From Muribaculum sp. (GTDB taxonomy: Bacteria; Bacillota; Clostridia; Lachnospirales; Lachnospiraceae), in assembly GCA_023663505.1 (NCBI GenBank), contig JAMPHH010000011.1, forward strand, positions 1,747 through 65,746: a stretch of DNA of 64,000 nucleotides, written 5' to 3'. The notes beneath the pieces were generated by a model. That model did not search any database. It was not told the origin of the DNA and worked only from the letters and a program-made list of their open reading frames with translations. Made by a program: the position numbers and the translations under genes. Positions 1 through 9,757 of this stretch are shown one piece after another. How positions within the stretch are numbered: the first letter of the stretch is position 1; every line of letters starts with the position of its first letter.

Positions 1-216
1 GGCACATGGCATACGGTGGAGTTTGCCAGAAGATATCGGATACCGGTTGCCTGTTATGTGGAGAAGAATGGGATTTTTAGCAGAGGGAATGAGATGTTGG
101 TACAGAGCAATAAGGCTTATGCGTTGAGGGATAATGAAGGGATGGAGTATATTTTGGAATTGTCGGATGGTCGGTGGGAACAGCAGAGTTTGCCGATTTT
201 TTTCAACACAAAATGA
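1..216 (+). CDS. 3' end of a DprA/Smf (SLOG)-family protein, truncated at the window edge
   Basis: Frame open from base 1: GTWHTVEFARRYRIPVACY...GNEMLV, resembling the DprA C-terminal G-T-x-H-T...A...R-P-V and GN motifs. Confidence 0.5.
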   Translation, partial: GTWHTVEFARRYRIPVACYVEKNGIFSRGNEMLVQSNKAYALRDNEGMEYILELSDGRWEQQSLPIFFNTK

Positions 217-305
217 GTTTTCAACTTATTTTGACGCTTGCAGGTCTCTCGCAGTTGCCGTATGGCGAAACTGTTACTGAAAAGCTACATTAGGAGGAAA
301 GGCGA

Positions 306-614
306 ATGATACAGCGGGACGATATTTTGTCCATGGAGTATTTGAAGAAAACGGAGTTTACGGGAAGCTATCAGGGTATGCGGTATCGCTTGGAGGGCGT
401 GAGCGAGGAGGACGGGAAAAGGCTTAAGGTCACAATCTGGCCTGAGCCGTTCAATTACTTCACCACGCCCGAGGAGTCGAAGGTGACAGAGATGTTCACG
501 TTCGACGAGGACGGCGTGGTGGACGCGGTGGCGTGGATGAATGACAGGTATTTTGAGGAAAAGGAGCGTTGGGAGAAGGCTCCAAAGACTTGGGACAGTT
601 ACAGAATGGAATGA
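306..614 (+). CDS. Conserved hypothetical protein (102 aa)
   Basis: Strong RBS (AGGAGG) upstream; acidic, globular-looking ORF; no diagnostic motif recognised. Confidence 0.75.
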   Translation: MIQRDDILSMEYLKKTEFTGSYQGMRYRLEGVSEEDGKRLKVTIWPEPFNYFTTPEESKVTEMFTFDEDGVVDAVAWMNDRYFEEKERWEKAPKTWDSYRME

Positions 615-624
615 CGTATCCGCG

Positions 625-1407
625 CTATGCCGTCAAATACGCCCGCATCGTCCTAAGCGCATTCTTCTCAAGTCTTGAAACCTGTGCTTGGGAGATGCCT
701 ATCAGGTTCGCTACCTCCATTTGGGTCTTGCCCTCGAAGAAGCGAAGGGTGATGATCTCGTGCTCCCGTTCGCTTAGATTTTTCATGGCGTCACTTAAGG
801 AGAGATGCTCCACCCACGTCTCCTCCTTATTTTTTTTGTCAGAAATCTGATCCATGACATAGAGAGTGTCGCCGCCGTCGGTGAAAACAGGCTCATAGAG
901 ACTCATGGGGTTCTGAATGGCGTCCATGGCATAGACGATATCCTCCTTGGAGATGCCGACCTCGGAGGCAATCTCCTCGATGGTGGGCTCCTTCAGGTTC
1001 TTGCGCGTGAGAGTCTCCCTTGCGTAGATCGCCTTGTAAGCGGTGTCCTTCAGGGAGCGGGAGACGCGGATAGAGCTTGAATTGTCCCGCAGGAAGCGGC
1101 GGATCTCCCCGATGATCATAGGTACGGCATAGGTTGAGAACTTGACGTTCAGACTGGTATCAAAATTGTCAATTGCCTTGATCAGCCCGATACAGCCTAT
1201 CTGGAACAGATCGTCCACATTCTCGTTGCTAGAGGAGAAGCGTTTGATGACGCTCAGTACCAAGCGCAGATTGCCCTCGATATAGGCTTCTCTCGCCTCC
1301 ATATCCCCGTCTTGGATTCGGGCGAACAGAGCTTCCTTTTCCCCGTTTTTTAGAAGCGGCAGTCTTGACGTGTTCACTCCACAGATTTCGACTCTACCCT
1401 GTGACAT
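625..1407 (-). CDS. sigG: Forespore RNA polymerase sigma factor SigG
   Basis: N-terminal VEICGVNTSRLPLL, GNLRLVLSVI, DDLFQIGCIGLIKAIDNFD, FSTYAVPMIIGEIRR, GKTQMEVA..IGISQAQVSRLEK. Confidence 0.96.
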   Translation of the reverse strand: MSQGRVEICGVNTSRLPLLKNGEKEALFARIQDGDMEAREAYIEGNLRLVLSVIKRFSSSNENVDDLFQIGCIGLIKAIDNFDTSLNVKFSTYAVPMIIGEIRRFLRDNSSSIRVSRSLKDTAYKAIYARETLTRKNLKEPTIEEIASEVGISKEDIVYAMDAIQNPMSLYEPVFTDGGDTLYVMDQISDKKNKEETWVEHLSLSDAMKNLSEREHEIITLRFFEGKTQMEVANLIGISQAQVSRLEKNALRTMRAYLTA

Positions 1408-1681
1408 ATTTAATCCCTCCCGTATCTTGCTAACCGTTCAGAACCGAGCAAATTGAACCGGAAACATGCATGTAAATCTTGCGCTCAAGAGAATATTTTC
1501 AGTACAATTCATATAGCGAGAGCCCGTTTCCAGATTGTTTCCAAACAGCTATGCTTCATGTATTTACAAGTATGTACCAAGAGCCATCACAATATTCTGC
1601 AAAAAAAGATAAAAATACAACACCTCAGCCATAAAATAAAATATCCACAAGCCACACACATCAGCCCTGCACCAATACCAA

Positions 1682-1907
1682 GGCGGGAGAGGACTGGGAG
1701 AGGTTTCGCGGACTCCGGCGAAGGTTGGAGCGTTTTCTTATAGTGCGCCCATAACCTAGGGTGAAATGTGCATGGATGCACATTTCAGGCTCTAGGTGCA
1801 TGGATGCACCTTAGAGCCGACCCGCAAATTGCAACACCTATCCCCGCACTATTAGAAAACACCCAACCGCAGCCCGTCCGCAAAACCTCTCCCAGTCCTC
1901 TCCCGCC
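1682..1907. mobile_element. MITE/REPIN-like element with ~65-bp imperfect terminal inverted repeats and two internal hairpins
   Basis: GGCGGGAGAGGACTGGGAGAGGTTTCGCGGAC at 1682 is the near-perfect reverse complement of GTCCGCAAAACCTCTCCCAGTCCTCTCCCGCC ending at 1907; internal GTGCAT-GG-ATGCAC hairpins at 1762-1787 and 1788-1818. Confidence 0.6.
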
Positions 1908-2080
1908 GCCCCTAGCATGGGTTCATGGCATGGCTCCTTAGCACGCATACATCACTCCGAAGGTCATAAAAAATACGTGGACAAAAAACATTTTCCCCAA
2001 ACCCGCATATGATAAAAAGACAACTGTGATTCAGTGTACTGATATCCCTATACATACAGTGCGCTTGGAATGAGGTAAAC

Positions 2081-2335
2081 ATGCTTTTTTCGGAATTTCG
2101 CTGTAAAGACGTCATCAATATGAAGGACTGTCGAAAATTAGGCAGGGTGTGCGATCTTGAATTCGACGAGTGCAGCGGCTGCATCTGCAAGATCATAGTC
2201 CCCGGGGGCAACAAAATGCTCAGCTTTCTGCGCTGTGAGCCGAATATCGAGATCCCATATAAGGATATCTGTCAGATCGGACCGGAGGTAATTTTGGTTG
2301 ACATAAAAGACAACAGTTGTTATAATAAAAAATAA
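2081..2335 (+). CDS. YlmC/YmxH-family sporulation PRC-barrel protein
   Basis: KDVIN..DCRKLGRVCDLEFD...IEIPY..I.QIGPEVILV pattern; lies upstream of nrdR as in Clostridia; RBS GAGGT. Confidence 0.9.
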   Translation: MLFSEFRCKDVINMKDCRKLGRVCDLEFDECSGCICKIIVPGGNKMLSFLRCEPNIEIPYKDICQIGPEVILVDIKDNSCYNKK

Positions 2336-2363
2336 CACATGCTTTCAAACGGAGGATAAACAG

Positions 2364-2813
2364 ATGAAGTGTCCCTTTTGTAGTCACGAAAATACCAGAG
2401 TAATCGATTCCAGACCCGCGGAGGATAATAATTCCATACGACGCCGCAGAGTCTGCGACGAGTGCAACAAGAGATTTACCACCTATGAGAAGATTGAGAC
2501 GATCCCCCTGATCATCATCAAGAAGGACGACAATCGGGAGACCTATGACCGCTCTAAGATCGAGGCGGGAGTGCTCCGCGCCTGCCATAAGCGACCCGTC
2601 AGCATTCAGCAGATCACCGCGCTGGTGGACGAGGTGGAGACAGAGGTGTTCAACCTTGAGGAAAAGGAGATTTCCAGCCAGACCATCGGTGAGATCGTTA
2701 TGAACAAGCTAAAGAGTCTGGACGCGGTCGCCTATGTCCGTTTTGCCTCCGTCTATCGGGAATTCAAGGACGTGAATACCTTTATGGACGAGCTTAAAAA
2801 GGTTTTGAATTAA
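2364..2813 (+). CDS. nrdR: Transcriptional repressor NrdR
   Basis: MKCPFC Zn ribbon, VIDSR, RRRRVC..C..RFTTYE, ATP cone, VAYVRFASVYREF. Confidence 0.97.
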   Translation: MKCPFCSHENTRVIDSRPAEDNNSIRRRRVCDECNKRFTTYEKIETIPLIIIKKDDNRETYDRSKIEAGVLRACHKRPVSIQQITALVDEVETEVFNLEEKEISSQTIGEIVMNKLKSLDAVAYVRFASVYREFKDVNTFMDELKKVLN

Positions 2814-2832
2814 ACGATATCACGCAATGGGA

Positions 2833-4197
2833 CTATTGGCTCTTTCGGAGAAAACAGTACAGGCACAGAAGGTAGAGGAGGCTTAGGAGGATCTGGCTCG
2901 CCAGCATTCCCCAGAGATAGCCTGTGATGCCGAATATCGGGATTGCCTTAAACACAAAGAGCAGGCGCAGGAGCAGCGCGATAATATTCATGACAAAAAT
3001 CGTTCCTGATTTCCCCAAGCCCTGCAGGATACTGGAGAGGGTGGAGTCGAGGTAGAGAAAAGGACACAGGAAGCTTAAGGTCGTGATGAAATGTCCGGCA
3101 AGAGGACTGTCAAACAAGGTGTTTCCCGCATAATCCCCCAGAAGAAAGAAAACGGACATGCAGAGAAAACCCATGATACCGCAGAATTTCACCGTGCGGA
3201 GGATTGCGCCCTTGACGCGCTCTAAGTCCCCCGTGGCATAGGTCTCCGAGATCAGCGGCAGCAGCAGGACAGAGACAGAGTTGGTCAATGCGTTCGGGAA
3301 AAATATCAAGGGCATTGCCATACCTGTGAGCACGCCATACACGCTGAGGGCGGTGGCGGTGTCATAGCCGTATAGACGCAGCCTTGCAGGAATGGAGACG
3401 GATTCAACGCTCTGCAAAAGGTTGAGGACTATGCGGTTTAACGTAAGCGGCAGCGCCATTCCCAAGATGCTAAGCAGTATGTTGGGACGCGAGCCTGAGC
3501 GGAGTCGGCTGACCGCAGGGGTATCGGCTTGCGGGCTTGCGGGGGTATGTCTATGGAGTACCTGTAAGATGGCGACAAGGGATACAAGCATGGAAACGAG
3601 CTCGCCGACAGCCAGACCAAGCACTGCAACGTTGATGGAAGGCGCTTTCCCTTGGGCGAGAGCCGCGGAGGAGACCAGATATACGCAGCCGACCCGTGCC
3701 AACTGCTCCAAAAGCTGGGCCGCGGCGGGGGCTCCTGTTTTTTTGACCCCATAGAAATAACCGTTGATGCAGGAATGAACGCTGCTAAAGGGAATGGAAA
3801 ACGCCAAGATGCGCAGCATGGATTCCGTGCGTGGTTCAAGAAGCAGCTTGGCGGCTATCATGGGAGCTTGTATGTAAATGACTGCGCAGCAGAGGAGAGA
3901 GAGCGGAACGGAGATTGTCAGCCCCGCGATCAGCGGCTGAAACCGTTTCGCCTTTTTGGTGGCATATTCTGCCACGAATTTGGAGATGGCGGTCTGGTAT
4001 GCCGCCGCGCAAAGCGAAAAGGCGATGGAGAGCACGGGGTTCAGCAGCTGATAGATTCCCATACCCTCCTCACCGAAAAGTCTGGACAGATAAATGCGGT
4101 AAAAAAAGCCGATGGTGCGTGTGATCAGCCCTGTCGCGGTGAGAATAAAGGTGCCCATGATCAAGGGTCTGCCATTCAGGGATAGTTTCTTTTTCAT
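2833..4197 (-). CDS. SpoVB/MurJ-like polysaccharide (MATE-superfamily) flippase
   Basis: GTFILT..GLITR.IGFFYRIYLSRLFGEEGMGIYQL; many TM segments; YGVLTGMAMPLIFFP. Confidence 0.85.
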   Translation of the reverse strand: MKKKLSLNGRPLIMGTFILTATGLITRTIGFFYRIYLSRLFGEEGMGIYQLLNPVLSIAFSLCAAAYQTAISKFVAEYATKKAKRFQPLIAGLTISVPLSLLCCAVIYIQAPMIAAKLLLEPRTESMLRILAFSIPFSSVHSCINGYFYGVKKTGAPAAAQLLEQLARVGCVYLVSSAALAQGKAPSINVAVLGLAVGELVSMLVSLVAILQVLHRHTPASPQADTPAVSRLRSGSRPNILLSILGMALPLTLNRIVLNLLQSVESVSIPARLRLYGYDTATALSVYGVLTGMAMPLIFFPNALTNSVSVLLLPLISETYATGDLERVKGAILRTVKFCGIMGFLCMSVFFLLGDYAGNTLFDSPLAGHFITTLSFLCPFLYLDSTLSSILQGLGKSGTIFVMNIIALLLRLLFVFKAIPIFGITGYLWGMLASQILLSLLYLLCLYCFLRKSQ

Positions 4198-4359
4198 GAG
4201 ATTACTGACCTTGTCTGTGTGTTTCTATTCATTATATTTCATGGTGGTTGTTGAAAGAACCCGCAAGGGGGATTTTTTGCGAGTGGACGGGGCAGGGGAA
4301 CTGTGGTATGATTCAGTGGATACCAGATGCAGGGAAAGTGGAGCGAGAGGAATACATAG

Positions 4360-5517
4360 ATGAGTCAAAGAGTTGTAGTCGGAATGTCGGGGGGTGTGGA
4401 CTCCTCTGTGGCGGCGTATCTGTTGAAGGAGCAGGGATATGATGTCATTGGCGTCACCATGCAGATTTGGCAGGACGAGACGGCTTTTAGTCAGGCGGAA
4501 AACGGGGGTTGCTGCGGACTTTCAGCGGTAGAGGACGCGCGCAGGGTGGCGCAGGAGTTGAACATTCCCTATTATGTCATGAATTTCAAGACGGAATTCA
4601 AGGAGCATGTAATCGATTACTTTGTTGAGGAGTATTTGCGCGGGCACACGCCGAATCCGTGTATTGCCTGCAATCGCTATGTAAAATGGGAGGCATTGCT
4701 AAAGCGCGCTCTCGAGATTGGGGCGGACTATATTGCCACGGGACATTATGCGAGGATTGAACGGTTGAGTAACGGACGTTTGGCTATTGCAAGCTCCGTG
4801 ACGGCGGCGAAGGATCAGACCTATGCGCTATACAATCTCACACAGGAGCAGCTCGCGCGGACGCTTTTGCCCGTGGGGGCGTACACAAAGGAGGAGATTC
4901 GCACACTGGCGGAGCGCGCAGGACTCCCTGTGGCGAATAAGCCTGACAGTCAGGAGATCTGCTTTGTGCCTGATGATGATTATGCAGGGTTTATCGAGCG
5001 TGAGGTGGCAGAGCACAATCGGCGGCTTGAGACAGGGAGTGGGAATCACGAATGCTCCACGGGTGGACTCGTTGCGAAGTCAATCACCGAGTATAAGCTC
5101 CCCGGACCCGGCAACTTTGTCACAAAGGACGGCGAGGTCTTGGGTAGACACAAGGGCATCACTCATTATACCATAGGACAGCGAAGGGGCTTGGAGCTGG
5201 CTATGGGAAGGCGGGTGTTCGTGACCGCGATCCGTCCGGAGACTGACGAGGTGGTGATTGGGGAGAACGAGGATATTTTTACAAGGGAAGTGGTCTGTGA
5301 CAGGGTGAATTTCATGGCGGTGGCGGATTTGGAGGAGCCAAGACGCGTGCTTGCCAAGATACGCTACAATCATCGAGGGGAGTATTGCAGGATCCAAAAG
5401 CTGTCAGACGGCAGGGTGCAGTGCAGCTTTGAGCAGCCCGTGCGCGCCGCCACGCCGGGACAGGCGGTCGTGTTTTATGAGGACGGGCATGTGCTGGGCG
5501 GCGGGACGATTCTGTGA
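4360..5517 (+). CDS. mnmA: tRNA-specific 2-thiouridylase MnmA
   Basis: SGGVDS PP-loop, [40 protein letters not shown]. Confidence 0.97.
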   Translation: MSQRVVVGMSGGVDSSVAAYLLKEQGYDVIGVTMQIWQDETAFSQAENGGCCGLSAVEDARRVAQELNIPYYVMNFKTEFKEHVIDYFVEEYLRGHTPNPCIACNRYVKWEALLKRALEIGADYIATGHYARIERLSNGRLAIASSVTAAKDQTYALYNLTQEQLARTLLPVGAYTKEEIRTLAERAGLPVANKPDSQEICFVPDDDYAGFIEREVAEHNRRLETGSGNHECSTGGLVAKSITEYKLPGPGNFVTKDGEVLGRHKGITHYTIGQRRGLELAMGRRVFVTAIRPETDEVVIGENEDIFTREVVCDRVNFMAVADLEEPRRVLAKIRYNHRGEYCRIQKLSDGRVQCSFEQPVRAATPGQAVVFYEDGHVLGGGTIL

Positions 5518-5547
5518 AGCTGATAGGGAAAGCATCTGGTGACGATG

Positions 5548-5575
5548 CACCGACCCGCAGGAATCTACATATGAT
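5548..5575 (+). promoter_or_regulatory. Putative SigK-type mother-cell promoter
   Basis: CACC-N16-CATATGAT matches the mACm-N16-CATA---T consensus, 35 bp before the 5611 ATG. Confidence 0.5.
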
Positions 5576-5610
5576 AGAGAGACATTATCTTTAGGATATG
5601 GCAGGTATCA

Positions 5611-6273
5611 ATGGATTATAGGTGGATTCCCAACTGGAATGGTATCAACAACGGCAATTATACGAACAACGGTAACGCCAACAATAATGCGAATGGCGCA
5701 AACAGCGGGTGGAACAGCTCTTGGAACGGAGCTTGGAATATGAACAATGGAGGAATGGGGGCTATGAGACCTTGTCAAAATTGTCTCTTTGCCATGGTGC
5801 GCGGGACGATTGTGGAATTAGTGCCCGGAAGAATGGGAAGCAGCCAGACAAACGGGTGTATCATTTATGCCACTGTGGAGGACGAAAACGGCAACACAGT
5901 GACATTCATGATCACCCCCGCTACCTTTGTGGTGGATTGGGAGACTCTGTCCGTGGGGGACAGCTGTATGTTCTGGTATCGCATTGACGCGCCGGCGCCC
6001 TTGATTTATCCGCCACAGTTCATGGCAGTGGTGGCGGCAAAGGTTAAAAACGGCAGCATGATCGACGTCAGCTTTTACAATGCCGCCTTGGTCAACGCGG
6101 AGCAGACACTGCAGCTCAACATGGACGGGTCGGTCAATCTAAGAACCACGAACAACCAGTATTTTCAAGGCAGTCCCGCGAACCACAGTCTGGTGGTCAT
6201 CTATGAAAGCTCCACCAGAAGTATTCCGGCTCAGACAACGCCAAAGAGAGTTTTCGTGCTGTGTGAGAGCTAA
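5611..6273 (+). CDS. Hypothetical protein with an Asn/Gly/Trp-rich N-terminus; candidate spore coat protein
   Basis: Low-complexity NNGNANNNANG...WN segment followed by a beta-rich domain (PAPLIYPPQ, TRSIPAQT); SigK-like promoter upstream. Confidence 0.75.
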   Translation: MDYRWIPNWNGINNGNYTNNGNANNNANGANSGWNSSWNGAWNMNNGGMGAMRPCQNCLFAMVRGTIVELVPGRMGSSQTNGCIIYATVEDENGNTVTFMITPATFVVDWETLSVGDSCMFWYRIDAPAPLIYPPQFMAVVAAKVKNGSMIDVSFYNAALVNAEQTLQLNMDGSVNLRTTNNQYFQGSPANHSLVVIYESSTRSIPAQTTPKRVFVLCES

Positions 6274-7331
6274 TCGCTCAGCACTCTTGACAGAATGGAA
6301 TCCTCCAGAACCAGCCTTTTCGCCGCCTCACGGTATTTTTCTTCATGCAGATAGGTGTAGCGGTGGGGCTTGATGGAGGGCGCCATATCAATCGCTTGGA
6401 GAAAATCGCCGCGCTTCATTTGCAGGGTCTCCACGTAGCTCCAGAAGCCTGTATCCGTGAGCACCGTGTTGACGCGGACATGGCGGTGATCCTGCACCTT
6501 AGCCATGATATAGGTGGCGATGCCCACTTGTATGCCGTGGAGCTGCGGGGTCTCAAGCATTTTATCTAACGCGTGGGAGATCAGGTGTTCACTGCCACTG
6601 GTGGGAGCGCTGCTTCCCGCGATCTCGTTGGCGATACCGCTCATGGACAGGGAATCTAGGAGCTCCTTGAGAAATATTTCGTCCTGAATGCTCTCGTAGG
6701 GGGTGCGGACAAAGCTGTTTACGGCTTTTTTGGCGATCATAACGGCGAAGTCATTCAGGGTTCCAACCCCATGAGCGGCTTCAAAGCTCCAATCGTAGAG
6801 GGAGGTAATCTTGGATACCATATCACCGATACCCGAATAGATAAATTTCACGGGAGCGGTGCGGATAACCTCCGTGTCAACGATGATGCCATAGGCGAGC
6901 TTGGCGGGCACGGAGGCGCGTCTGCCGTCCACCAGAAGCGAGGCGCTTGCACTGGAGAAGCCGTCGCTTGAGCTCGAGGTGGGGATACTGATAAAGGGAA
7001 GACCCTTTAAGAAGGCGGCGTATTTGCCTGCATCGATCACCTTTCCGCCGCCGATGGAGACCACCGCCTTGGTCTTGTTGGACATGGAGAAGGCGAGGGA
7101 GATAATGTCCTCTATGGCAACCGTGTCAAGCTCCTGATATTCCAAGACATTGATTCCGGCGTCCTTAAGGGATTCCATGACCCCCATGCCGAAAAGGTCG
7201 ATCAGACCGTTTCCAAACCAGATCACGACGTCTGTGAGCCCCTCCTCCGACAGACAGGCACCAAGCCCCTGCAGGGCGCCCTTTCCTACCTTTAAAATTA
7301 CGGGAATTGAGATACTGTCATTCTTTTGCAT
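6270..7331 (-). CDS. Glycerol-1-phosphate dehydrogenase-like iron/zinc alcohol dehydrogenase family protein
   Basis: GGGKVIDAGK, IPTSSSSDGFSS, SGSEHLISHALD, HGIQVG motifs. Confidence 0.85.
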   Translation of the reverse strand: MQKNDSISIPVILKVGKGALQGLGACLSEEGLTDVVIWFGNGLIDLFGMGVMESLKDAGINVLEYQELDTVAIEDIISLAFSMSNKTKAVVSIGGGKVIDAGKYAAFLKGLPFISIPTSSSSDGFSSASASLLVDGRRASVPAKLAYGIIVDTEVIRTAPVKFIYSGIGDMVSKITSLYDWSFEAAHGVGTLNDFAVMIAKKAVNSFVRTPYESIQDEIFLKELLDSLSMSGIANEIAGSSAPTSGSEHLISHALDKMLETPQLHGIQVGIATYIMAKVQDHRHVRVNTVLTDTGFWSYVETLQMKRGDFLQAIDMAPSIKPHRYTYLHEEKYREAAKRLVLEDSILSRVLSD

Positions 7332-7367
7332 TTTCTATCCTCCATGTTATGTTTAAATGTTTATAAG

Positions 7368-7486
7368 GTTGATTCCCGTGAGCAATGAGCCAAGTCAACG
7401 AAGTTGACTTTGTGCCAGTGCTTGCATGAGCGCGAATCCAATAAATTTGGATTTGCGAATGCCGCGAGGGTCAACAACCCCGCTGC
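7368..7486. repeat. Structured intergenic repeat, family C (second copy at 56980-57035)
   Basis: Outer IR GTTGATTCCCGTG / CGCGAGGGTCAAC; hairpins AAGTCAAC-GAA-GTTGACTT and GCGAATCCAA-TAAAT-TTGGATTTGC; shares ATTCCCGYGAGCAATGA and GAAGTTGACTTTGTGCCAGTGCTTG with the 56980 copy. Confidence 0.75.
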
Positions 7487-7498
7487 TTTTTATTATGA

Positions 7499-8323
7499 CT
7501 ATAATCGGATAAACTCGGGAAGGCGCTTTTCAAACACGGTATAGTATTGGAATCCACATTCCTTTAACACCTCGGCTGCCCTGTCAAAATGTTCTCCCAT
7601 GTTGGCAGGCGCATGGGCGTCGCTCCCCACGGTGATGATCTCGCCCCCAAGCTCCCTGTATCTTTTCAGGATACCCATACAGGGGTGGAAGTCCTTCATG
7701 CCGCGCTTGATTCCGCCGGTATTGAGCTCCAAGCCCTTCTCCTTCTCCAGAAGGGTCTCGAGAATGGCGTCCAGAATATCCTTGTATTTCTCATAGCAAT
7801 AATCCTCGTCCCTTGAAGCGCCGTAGCGCACCACGTAGTCCAGATGCCCGTACACGTCATAGTTGGAGAATTTTTTGATGTTTTCAAGCTCTGACTGGAA
7901 ATATTCCCGGTAAGCCTCCTCGTCGCTCCGCCCCTCAAAGAAGGAGGGGTAATAGGGGTCGTTGCCGTGACACAGGTGGGAGGAGCCGATAATGAAGTCA
8001 TATTCGTGAGAGCGGGCAAACACCGCGTTCTCCCGAAAGACCTCCGGCTGCAGCCCCAGCTCCAAGCCAAACAAAATCTTGATCTGTCCCGCGTACTTTT
8101 CCTTGAGCCCTAGAAGCTCGTAGAGATAGGAATCCGCGTTCAACAGGAATAAATCCTCCGGTTCATCGGGGGTGACGGGATAATTGAAATCGTTGTGCTC
8201 CGTAAAGCATATGGTGGTGAGCCCCAGTTCGATTCCTTTAAGAACCATTTCCTCCATGGGGGCATCAGAATCCCCGGAATGGTGGGAATGTAGATGGCAG
8301 TCAGTTAAAATCGGCATAATCAT
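7499..8323 (-). CDS. Histidinol-phosphatase HisJ/HisK family (PHP domain)
   Basis: DCHLHSHHSGD, FTEH, GSSH, GHLDY, ELNTGG, GSDAH PHP motifs. Confidence 0.88.
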   Translation of the reverse strand: MIMPILTDCHLHSHHSGDSDAPMEEMVLKGIELGLTTICFTEHNDFNYPVTPDEPEDLFLLNADSYLYELLGLKEKYAGQIKILFGLELGLQPEVFRENAVFARSHEYDFIIGSSHLCHGNDPYYPSFFEGRSDEEAYREYFQSELENIKKFSNYDVYGHLDYVVRYGASRDEDYCYEKYKDILDAILETLLEKEKGLELNTGGIKRGMKDFHPCMGILKRYRELGGEIITVGSDAHAPANMGEHFDRAAEVLKECGFQYYTVFEKRLPEFIRL

Positions 8324-8523
8324 GTCCTCCTACTACAATGTATTTATGGTTAATACCCCTTACAGCCGGTAAGGAATTCCACATTATATCTGCAATCAGT
8401 TAGAAACTGTCCTGAAATAAACGGCACTTTTTCATTGCGTTGTTCAGACGGTTCCGGCTAATTAGCGTCCTTTGCAAATTTGCAGGAATCATTTGTAAAT
8501 GCACTTTATTTACTAATGATTCC

Positions 8524-9381
8524 TTAGCCTGCCCTTATATAGACAATCGCCATGGTGACGCCATACAGCACGGGCTGATGCAGCATATAAATGAGCAGCG
8601 AGTGGCGTCCGATAAAGGACAGCGGGGGCAGGTGGTTTTGACACAGGACGGAAGCTCCCGAGCCGCCCTCGCGTGTGCGTTGCTCAGAAGCGCATGTTTT
8701 ATGCATATATATTTTATGTACAAAATACCCCGTGATAAACAGGAAAAACCACGGAATCAGCGGAAAATAGTCTGTGGAGTAAAAATCCTTCATCGGGAAG
8801 CCAAGGTAAGTGGACAACCAACTGCAATACAGCCATTCGGGAAGCCTTGTCCCGCTGTGGAGAAAGGAATCGCCGCTCCAAAGCCCGACAAAGCTGCCAA
8901 GCCTTCCGCTCGCGACAGGCAGAGTCAGCAGGAACAAGAATCCCGACAACACGGTCAGGAATACAATCGCCGTCCTTTTTTGGACTATTATAAAAGCCCT
9001 GTCCAAGGGAATCATAAGCAGCATGGAGGAGCCGATAAGCGTCAGCACCCCAAAGACCACCCTGTCCTCAGGCAGCAGAAGAAGCGTTACGATCGTCACC
9101 AGACCGCCCGCCAGATAGACGGTGAGCCCGCGCTTTAGATGACGGTGTCCCAGTGACCAACAGAATCCCGACAGAAAAATAAAAGTCCAACAGATGCTTT
9201 GCTGCCAAATATGAGCGCCGCGTCCGTGATACCAAGGGATATCTATCCCCGCAATATAGACCAGATCCCACAGAAAATGGTAGAGCATCATGCTGATCAG
9301 GGTGATGCCCCGTATCTCGTCCAAAAGCGCAAGCCGCTTGGGACGCACCTGTGTGGAGTGAATATTTTCGACCGAATTCAT
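8524..9381 (-). CDS. DUF1624 / heparan-alpha-glucosaminide N-acetyltransferase-like membrane protein
   Basis: RLALLDEIRG..LISMMLYH..WDL, FGVLTLIG, DYFPLIPW, GRHSLLIYMLHQP; start placed at MNSVENI after a GGGGA RBS. Confidence 0.85.
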   Translation of the reverse strand: MNSVENIHSTQVRPKRLALLDEIRGITLISMMLYHFLWDLVYIAGIDIPWYHGRGAHIWQQSICWTFIFLSGFCWSLGHRHLKRGLTVYLAGGLVTIVTLLLLPEDRVVFGVLTLIGSSMLLMIPLDRAFIIVQKRTAIVFLTVLSGFLFLLTLPVASGRLGSFVGLWSGDSFLHSGTRLPEWLYCSWLSTYLGFPMKDFYSTDYFPLIPWFFLFITGYFVHKIYMHKTCASEQRTREGGSGASVLCQNHLPPLSFIGRHSLLIYMLHQPVLYGVTMAIVYIRAG

Positions 9382-9757
9382 TATAATAATCCCCATGCAT
9401 ATCACGGACTTTGTCGGTGATATTGCCCAAATCAATAGTGAAAAATCCTTGGCTTTTCACATGAGCGCCTGTCATCGTATAGAGTATAGCAAATTTTCCG
9501 CCAAAAGGCATCAATATTTTGGAAAAATTATGTCTAATTATAAACATTATGTAAATTTTTCCTGATTTGGAAAATATTTTTTATTTTCATCTTGAATTAT
9601 GAGGGGGAATCAGTTAAAATATATCCGTGACAAAATTTTGACAATCGGACAAGCTAAGGTTAGTCTGTTTGCTGCCGTGAGTCAGAACAATAGGAGATGC
9701 GCCTTGCGGGTTTTCTATTGAATGAATATAAAATAATAATTTCAGGAGGGAACTAAA

